DNA from: the human T2T-CHM13v2.0 reference genome, Homo sapiens
Direction: 5' to 3' (one strand)
Assembly: GCF_009914755.1 (NCBI RefSeq)
Contig: NC_060939.1
DNA: 64,000 nucleotides
Shown here: in pieces, positions 54,512 to 64,000 of the stretch
Position numbering within the stretch: the stretch's first letter is position 1
Layout of the letters: the number at the start of each line of letters is the position of its first letter
Position numbers and translations under genes: made by a program
Notes under the pieces: generated by a model
Seen by the model: only the letters and a program-made list of their open reading frames with translations
Told to the model about the DNA's origin: nothing
Database searches by the model: none

Positions 54512-55372
54512 TATTTTTAAAATTGTGCTAAAGTACACGTGATACAAAATGTACTATCTTTACCACTTTTAAGGGTGCAGCATAGTGGCATTAGGTACAT
54601 TAACTTAGTTGTGTGACCACCACCACCATCCATCTCCAGAGCTCTTTTCGTCTTGCAAAACTGAAACTCTGTACCCATTAAACACAAGTCCTCATTTCCC
54701 CCTCCCCAAGCTCTTGGAAACCATCATTCAACTGTCTCTATGAATTTGACTACTCTTGCTGCCTCCTCTAAATCCAATCATAAAGTATTTGTCCGTTTGT
54801 GACTAGTTGATTTCATGTAGCATAATGTTCTCAAGGTTCATCTGTGTCTGAATCTCCTTCTTCTTTAAGGTAGAATGACATTGCTTGGTATGGGTAGGCT
54901 ACATTTTGTTTATGCATTCATTCCTCAGTGGGTATTGGGGTTGTTTCCACTGTTTAGTCATCTTTTAGCTATCGTGAATGATGCGCCTGGGGATGTGGTG
55001 TACAGATATTTGTGTGAGTTCCTGCTTTCACTTTTGGATATTTCCCCAAAGTGGGATTGCTGGATCGCATGGTAATTCTATGTCCAGCTTTTTGAGGAAT
55101 CTCCATGCTGTTTCCACAGTGGCTGCATCATTTTTCATCCCCACCAGCAATGCACAAGGGTGCTAATTTTTCTATATATTTGCCAATATTTGTTATTTTA
55201 TGTGTTTTTTTTTTTGCTGTTGTTTGTTTATAGTAGTCATTTTAATGGGTGTGAAATGGGACCTCATGGTGGTTTTCATTTGCATTGCATTAGTGATAAG
55301 TGACGTTGAGTGCATTTTTATGTGCTTATTGGCCAACTGTATATCTTTGGATACATGTCTATTCATGTCTGA
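54512..55372 (-). mobile_element. L1MB 3' region
   Basis: accaccatccatctccaga...caaaactgaaactctgtacccattaaac. Confidence 0.85.
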
Positions 55373-55967
55373 AACTTGCATGTGTTCAACGAGTCTATTA
55401 TTATTATCATTAGAGAGTTTTCACAGTGAGGCAAAAATAAGATAGATTTTTAGTTAGAATTGAAGTCAAGGTCACAGTGACACTTATGCTGAAAACTTTA
55501 GGCAAGTTATATGTCTCCGCCGGCCTACTGCACCACACATCCAACAGGACTTGTGAAGCAGCTGGTCCTTCACTCAGCAGAGCTTCGTGTGCACTGCCAC
55601 TGGTAGAAGCCTTATAACCATAACAAGTGAGGCCTCCAATACTAATGGCAGAGTCAGTGGACACGCTGAAAGGAAGCTCAGCAAAGATGCAAATGTGTTC
55701 CGATTTAAAAATTTTACGGGAAGCTGATGGAAGCACGGAGTAGCCTGGCATTTGCCATTGGTTCTCTGATTTTGGAGACGGGAAAACTTCCTGCTGGCAA
55801 AGAAAATTTGCAATGATGATCCTGGTTTTGAATGGAGGCTGAATTCAGGAGATTTACCAGAACGAGAAGACGTAATCTTGAGTCTGGTTTCACCAGGTTT
55901 GTTATAAGAGGCTACAGCCAGATTCGTGTGGGCAGAAACTCCTAACTCCTTAAAAAACTGTGACACT

Positions 55968-56385
<418 letters not shown>

Positions 56386-56430
56386 GACTGTGATGTTAAT
56401 ATCTTGAATATTTGTCCAGAAGGCTTTTTA

Positions 56431-57058
<628 letters not shown>

Positions 57059-58246
57059 TATCTTTATCATTTTTTTTGTAATCAATTCAGTATTTGAATA
57101 GGGATAAAATTGATTTCTGGGACTAGACTTCTCATGTATGCTATTAGCCCCTCAGCAGATAAGATCCACCTTAAAATGTCCAGACTTCCAGCTCTCTCCA
57201 GCAACAAATCAAGGTGTCAGCCAGCAGCTCGGGCCTGCCTTGAGAGTCACTGTGGGAATTAAGTGAGATGAACACCGCAGTATGGAACCAGAGGACTCCC
57301 CGTGACAACTCCGACTCAGGGAGCCTTGGTGTGGCTCGCAGAGGAGACAGGCAGTGCCCCAAGTCATGTGTCGTCGAGAAGCCTTTTCCACTTCTGGTCC
57401 CTCGTGTCCACTTAACATCCCCCTACATTAAAACACTCGGATGCATAATCGCCTGAGTAGCCTACTTAATAATAATTTGTTAATATCCTTCACAGTGTCA
57501 GGAGAAGGTTGTCTGGAGAAGTTTTATTGTATTTTAAGTTTTATATCGTTTTAGTTTAGTTCACTTCTTTTGTATCAAATACCTTAAACAAGAGTGCTTA
57601 TATCTTTTTCCCCCAGCCTTCTGCAGAATTCCACATTAAACAGGATGAAGAATAGGTTGTTAGCAGACTGAGGTACTTGGGGCAACATTTCGTACACAAC
57701 AGGAGGGAGAAACGACTCCAGGTGAGGAGTCTAACCAAGTTCTCTGGCTGGGCGAGTGCACGGGGGAACACTGTGGGCTTTGAGGGGGTGTGTGCCAGTC
57801 ACACAGGAGCGGCATTGCTGCCCTCTTCACTGTATGCAGGCCACTGTGCTGGCACAGCCATGCTTCCCCCTGTTAGACACAATGGTGATTCTTAGGGTTG
57901 ACATTGTGGCTGTATAGTTGCTGAGTTCATCTTTGTGTCTGATGGACCGAGTAATGCTGCCCCATGGAGGAGAACCATGGGTTTAATCTCTAAATCACCA
58001 CCTCCACGTTGTTTTTAGAAAAACAATCAGATTTTGGTGAAATTGATGTTTGCAAGTGTGAGTGAGCCCCATGTGCTGAAGCTTCAGGAACCCCTGAGAT
58101 GGCACGAGTTCTGCCGTACTGGGCAACGGATGGTCTTGAAGCACACAAGACACTGGAAGACATGAGGGCAATTGCTACACGCCAAGCCCGGTGCCAAGCA
58201 CGTTGTGCAGGTTGTTTCGTTGATTCCGGGCCTGGCCTTTGAGATC

Positions 58247-58796
58247 TGTGGAGGATACCATGAACTGGCTGGCTCTGCATCCTGCTTGCAGGCGCTGGCA
58301 AGCTGGAACCTGCTTTTCTACGCCACACTGCAGAGGGCCCTGAATGTGATCTATGATTGCAACAAGCAGCCCTGATGCGGATCCGGAGGGCAGGGATGAC
58401 GTGGGGGCTGCCTTTCTGGTTGACCTGCTGGTAAGCATGGCCTCATGGATCTATCACCAACAGCACCCAGTCACTTGGGGAGGCCGAGTGGCAGGGCTGG
58501 GGCATCCATCAGGGTTTGATTTTGCTTATGTGGACCGGCAGGTGCAGCACAGCTGCATTTTAGTGCAGGGCTTCCTGATCCTGCTGCACAGCTAACACCG
58601 TTCTTCCCGAAGGCAGCAGCTCCCCCACGGGGCTGTTTCCCCAGTTCTGGGCATCAGTCCCAGAGGCAAAGACGGGAGCCATCCACTCTGACTCTGCCAA
58701 CAATTCTGTGAGCACCCAGTTCTCTGTATGAAATTCCTTTCTGCTTTAGATAATTAAAATAACTTTTCTTCCCCTGCAACTGAACTGAGTGATAAG
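58247..58796 (+). mobile_element. LTR33-like ERVL LTR inserted in a MIR (MIR halves ~58170-58230 and ~58800-58878)
   Basis: aagctggaacc; 3' aaattcctttctgctt...tgcaactgaactgagtgata; MIR motif aaatgaggcaactggggctcag. Confidence 0.5.
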
Positions 58797-58882
58797 CATG
58801 GGAATTATTATTTTGATTCATAAATGAGGCAACTGGGGCTCAGTAAGGTTAAGAGCAAATGATGACTAAGAGTCAGAGGATG

Positions 58883-59019
58883 GGCGGGGTGTGGTGGCTC
58901 ACGCCTGTAATCCCAGCGCTTTGGGAGGCCAAGGCGGGCAGATCACGAGGTCAGGAGATAGAGACAATCCTGGCTAACGCGGTGAAACCCTGTCTCTACC
59001 AAAAACACAAAAAAATTAG
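58883..59019 (+). mobile_element. Alu left arm only (Y/Sc type)
   Basis: gatcacgaggtcaggagat...cctggctaac; stops after the linker. Confidence 0.88.
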
Positions 59020-59327
59020 GAAGCAGAACAGGAGCACCATACTGGTTGGGAGAGAAGTTTTGATATACATTTAATATGAGTTCCAGAGGTGAAAGTAAAA
59101 AGAGAGGATGATAATGTTTGAAGAAGTGAGAGTTATCCTTCTTCCAGAATTCATTAAAGATATTGTTCCTTATTCAGGAAGTACTAGTACTGAGAAGGAC
59201 TCATTTGTAAACTAAAACGCACCAAGGTATCGATCACCAAAGACAAAGAACCGAACCTAAAGCAGGTTACTTTAAAATAGAAGAAACAATTAGACTCACA
59301 GCAGGCTTCTCAACTTGAACTGTAGAG

Positions 59328-59538
59328 CTGGGATCAGCAAACTACAACCCATGGTCTGGATGGCTGCCTGTGCAAATACAGTTTTATTGGCACAGATACG
59401 CCCACTTATGCACATGTCTTTATGGCCACCTCCACTCTTCAATAGCATTGTTGAGTACCTGTGATGGAAACCACATGGTCTGCATGTGGTTGATTCTTAA
59501 ACAAGCCCTCTGTTTCAGAAAATGTTTGCTGACCCCTG
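59328..59538. mobile_element. MER58A-like hAT-Charlie MITE within old L1 sequence (~59040-60090)
   Basis: TIR-like gggatcagcaaact ... tgtttgctgacccctg; gttttattgg. Confidence 0.75.
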
Positions 59539-60834
59539 GTATGGAGAACAGAATTCAGTGAAATAATATATTTAAAACACTGAGAGAAAATTGCTGACAC
59601 CTAGAATTCTATACATACTTGAACTTTTTTTTTTTTTTCAGAGGAGGAGGTAAAATAAAAATATTTCAAAAAACAAAAAATTTAGAAAGTTTACCTTCCT
59701 TTTTTTTTTTTTTTTTTTTTTGAAATAAGGGTTAAACTATTTACTTCAGTGGAGGAAATAAAACCCAAATCAAAGGCAGGTACTACAACAAGAAGGGAGC
59801 AAAATTTGCTAAATTTATAGGTAAATCTGAAAAAAAGACATTTGTCTTAAAGAATATTAGTAATGATAAAAATGACCAATATTGAGGTCATAAATAAAGA
59901 TGAAACAAAAATGCTAAGTGACAATAACACGTAAGCTTGTGAGGGTAAGTGGCGATCAGAGCTTGGAATTCAAAACCACTTTTTTATTTTATTGGGAGGA
60001 GGGTGGAGACAATGGCTAACTTTATACTTTGTTGTATGAACTGTGTGCATGTTTCCATTTTAAGAGTAGCCTCTAACACAATAAAAATAGAATTGTGTAT
60101 TGGAGAGGTAAGGCTGAGTGACAGTCAAATCCACAATCTCTAGCCTCCATGTGCACTTTATTCATTATTCACATAAATTCCACTGTAGATTGGGCAATTC
60201 CCCAAGGCAGCTGCCCTGCCTGCTGTGCCCCAGCCAATCCTGGGGGCTTTGATGGATTGCGCACACAGGCCATGTTGACATGGCTTCCCCACTCTACACC
60301 AAGAGGGAGGGCCAGGCATGGGAGCTCACAGCCACTCTTCTACCTTAGCCTGAGAAATGACATCCAATGGATAACCTCCCTGCAGGGACTCACAGTGCAG
60401 TCTAGGGGTACATGGAAAACGTTTGGTGAAAATTCCATCACTGTTGCAACCCATTTTTATGGCTGCCAAATACCCCTTTGTTCCCATATATATCCCAAGG
60501 AAGATAGCTCACAAGTCCTCTCGAGTTTTCATGTTCAGTTCAGAGTTCAAGATCTCTTGACCCTATAAATTCCACTATAGGAGGATCGTTAGTCCTTTAG
60601 GTGCTGAATCAGCTCAGCTTCCTTGACTGTTTGGAAACTGTGGATCTTCCAACTCAACACACATTGTCCAATTCACACACAAAGTGGAGAATTCACACTG
60701 GCCAGAAGTAGTCACCTGGCCTTACCCAGCAACAAAAGGGCTGAGAAGTGCAGGGAAGCACCAGAAAATGAATAACTTCAAATCAATGAAGAGAACAGGA
60801 ATGAAAAAATAATCTACTTGATCTCTGGGAAGGT

Positions 60835-61345
60835 GTGTGGTTGATTAGAAATGATGACAATTTTTTGACCATTGGGACATGGCAGTCAAATTCTGGGATG
60901 AACTTAGAAACTTGTTTGACCCATAAATTGCCGTGGAAGTGAAGCTATGTGACTTACGAGGCTAGGTTTCTAACAGCCTGCAACTTCTGCCTCAGTCTTT
61001 GGAAACACTTTCTCCTGGAGCCCTGAGTCATCATCTAAGATATCTAACTACCCTAAGTCCAAGCTGGCCGCATGGAGAAGCCACATGGAGAGCAAACACC
61101 GGATGTCCCACCCCTCCAAGCTCTGACTTCAGGCATGTACCCGGAGCCATCTCAGACTCCCCAAACTAGCCCAGCCACTAGCAAACATCACCAGGTGAAC
61201 CCAGTCTACCTCTCACGAAACAGAAGATTCACCCAGCTGGTCCTTGACCCATTTCCTGAACCACAGAGTTATTCACTATAATGAAATGGTTGATGTAAGG
61301 CACTAAATGTTGCAATAGTTGGTTATGCAGCAGTAGACAGCCATG
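60835..61345 (+). mobile_element. MLT1H/G MaLR LTR
   Basis: ggaagtgaagctatgtgactt...gaggctagg; 3' gttggttatgcagcagtagac. Confidence 0.7.
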
Positions 61346-62057
61346 GTAACTGTCTACAGACAGCCACAGAAAAGAATAACACGGACACAAAGGCAGAGGC
61401 TGGGAAACCTTGACCCGGTGCCCGCACATCTGCAAATGACAGGAAATTTTCCCAAATGAAAGTTTAAGTCCATTTTTAGTCTGTGCTGATATAAATAAGA
61501 TGATCTTAACATACTTTGAAAAAATATGTACAAACATAAACATATGTTTTTTAAAAAGGAGCCCTCAAACGAGGAAGATATGATCCAAAGAGACAGCTAT
61601 TGGCTTTAAAATATTAGTTAGTCAGCCTTGGCTAGACAGCTGCTGCTGCTCCTGAGAGCTAAGTCCCACTGTGTGAGGTTACCAGTTAGAAATGGGATTT
61701 TAAATCAAATATTGGGCAGTTTGTCTGTGAACACCAAAATGGCATGATATTCCTGACCACCATCATGATTTAGCAAATGGCAAGACCTTCATAAGCACAT
61801 GCTAAAAGCCACCAGAGCTTACGACGGCAATGTCTTATCTTGCCACAAAAGGCACTGCATTTTTTCTCAAGGAGTCAATCCCACGCTGAGCCCTGGCAAT
61901 CCCTGATAGACTGTTATGCAGGTCCTCACTGGGGATCAATAAGCCATAAGGCACTCAACGTCATGAGTGTTCAATAACAATGATAATTCAGAAAACTGAA
62001 ATAAGGGGCCCCAGGAGATCCATCTGAAACTGATTAAAAAATATATATATCCCTCAT

Positions 62058-62503
62058 AGCCAGGCACGGTGGCTCAAGCCTGTAATCCCAGCACTTTGGG
62101 AGACCAAGGTGAGGGGATCACTTGAGGCCAGGAATTCAAGACCAGCCTGGCCATCATGGTGAAAACCCGTCTCTATTAAAAATATAAAAATTAGCCAGGC
62201 ATGGTGGTAGGCACCTGTAGTCTCAGCTACTTGGGAAGCTGTGGCAGGCAGATCACTTGAGCACATGCGTTTGAGACCAGCCTGGGCAACATGGTAAAAC
62301 CCGTTTCTACCAAAACAAACAAACCCAAAAAATTAGCTAGGTGTGGTGGCACGAGCCTATAGTCCCAGCAACTTTAGAGGCTGAGGTGGGAGGATGGCTT
62401 GAGCCGGGGAGGGCAAGGCTGCAGTGAATGAGATTGTGCCACTACTACATTCCAGCCTGGGTGACAGAGTCAGCCCCTATCAGAAAAAAAACAAACAAAA
62501 AAA
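62058..62503 (+). mobile_element. Three-monomer AluJ/S composite
   Basis: Left arm, linker, right/left hybrid arm, second linker, right arm, tail. Confidence 0.85.
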
Positions 62504-63281
62504 TCCCCTCTTAACGACATCCTGCAAAGGACTGAGAGAGAAGGACAGTGTGAGAGAGAAGAGATCATTAAGGCTTGTCACCAGATGCCATTTCAATGAC
62601 AATGCACAGCCCTCATGGGCAAATACCTGTATTAAAAAAAAAAAAACAGGTTGATTTATTTCTGTGGAAAATAGCAATCATTGCTTTTAGCAAACGTTGT
62701 TTAAAACCAAGACTGTCTTCTTTGAAAATATGGAAAGAACATTTTTCTTTAACATGTACAATGTCGCAAACCCCTCCTGAGTTCACCAATTTATGTAAAT
62801 AATGTTAATGTAACTCACTTTGTTCATTTGTTCTAGAGAAGGTATGGCATTTTTTTTTTTCTTTTTTTACTTTAAAATTAACATCCAAATACAGCAGCGG
62901 GGGATATATACCAAATGCATCGTTAGAGTTTATTTTACACACTACAGCATGGACTGTTGCCTGAGTTTATCGTAAACAAGAAAACTGTGATAGGAATTTA
63001 GTGCTAATCACATCTTTGAGAAGATTTGAGAGACAGAACAACCTACAAAGCTCTCAAATAATTTTTGTTATAAGTTCAGGATCTGATTTTTCACTTTGAT
63101 TTTGTTTACTGTGTTTTGGAGATCCAAATATTTCCCCTAAGACAAACAAAAGCACAATCAATATCATATTAGCCCTCAAATCCAAAAATTTAAATTTCAA
63201 GGGTCTTTGGTAGAGAGTGGGAGAAGCAGGCATGCAAAAGACACAAAAATCAGAATGAATGTTTTCAGATATCCAGATTTC

Positions 63282-63514
<233 letters not shown>

Positions 63515-64000
63515 TAGTGCTTCCTGACCACACGGACTCCATATCCATCAGCACATCAGAAAGCTGTGTGCTATTTCTTTGTTGCAAGTCACTAAGGCAT
63601 TCTGAAACTCAGTCTATTGATCTTCAAAATAAGATTAATATGCTTGGCAAAAGTGTGTGAATCATAGTCAGACCAAATAATTATTTGGTTCTACATGTAT
63701 TAAAATGAATTTTTGAAGTTACTGAATTAATTGTTTTCATTGAATAGTCAATTAAGTGAAAAGATTTTATTAATCCCTCTGGAAGATGATTATAGAAAAC
63801 ATCTCTAGGATCAAGCTAATGTTCTTTGTATAATTCCAGATAGGAACTTCTTTACATGGCTCTGAAATTAGGACTAGACCTTTTTGCAAACTGCAAAACC
63901 CAAAAAAAGTCGAGTGGACTGTTTACACTGGAGTCTTTCCAAGGAGAGTGAACTCAGTGTTATTTTCAATTGCTTTGCACATCATTTAGCTCAAACTGTC

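Noticed and set aside
55813-55832. C box (ATGATGA) and D box (CTGA) suggesting a snoRNA
   Set aside because: Boxes are only ~9 nt apart with no terminal stem; too short for a C/D snoRNA

Overview
Primate (most likely human) repeat-dense, non-coding DNA. I find no credible protein-coding gene; the supplied ORFs are Alu, L1 or ERV read-through or chance. The one solid gene is a minus-strand tRNA-Glu(TTC) at 14665-14736 inside a small CpG island. Its sequence matches, from memory, the Glu-TTC-2 isodecoder, and the lack of flanking coding exons suggests the 15q12 copy (inference, not verified). Major elements: an LTR33/ERVL remnant (8.6-12.2 kb); a complete non-autonomous MER57A-type provirus (20397-28824, CCAC TSD) carrying an env remnant, a nested LTR8 and an Alu; solo LTR12F, MER51-like, MER74, MER21, MaLR and other LTRs; many Alus and L1/L2/MIR/DNA-transposon fossils. 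Repeat family names are recalled from consensus sequences, not database hits, and edges of old repeats are approximate. I cannot support a new biological system here. The best leads are three local templated-copy scars (an inverted ~555 bp L1-LTR junction copy, a ~137 bp copy of provirus interior, and a fold-back hairpin array), a 10:1 CpG asymmetry between the two proviral LTRs suggesting a germline-unmethylated 5' LTR promoter, and a perfect RFX X-box next to a TATA box in unique sequence.
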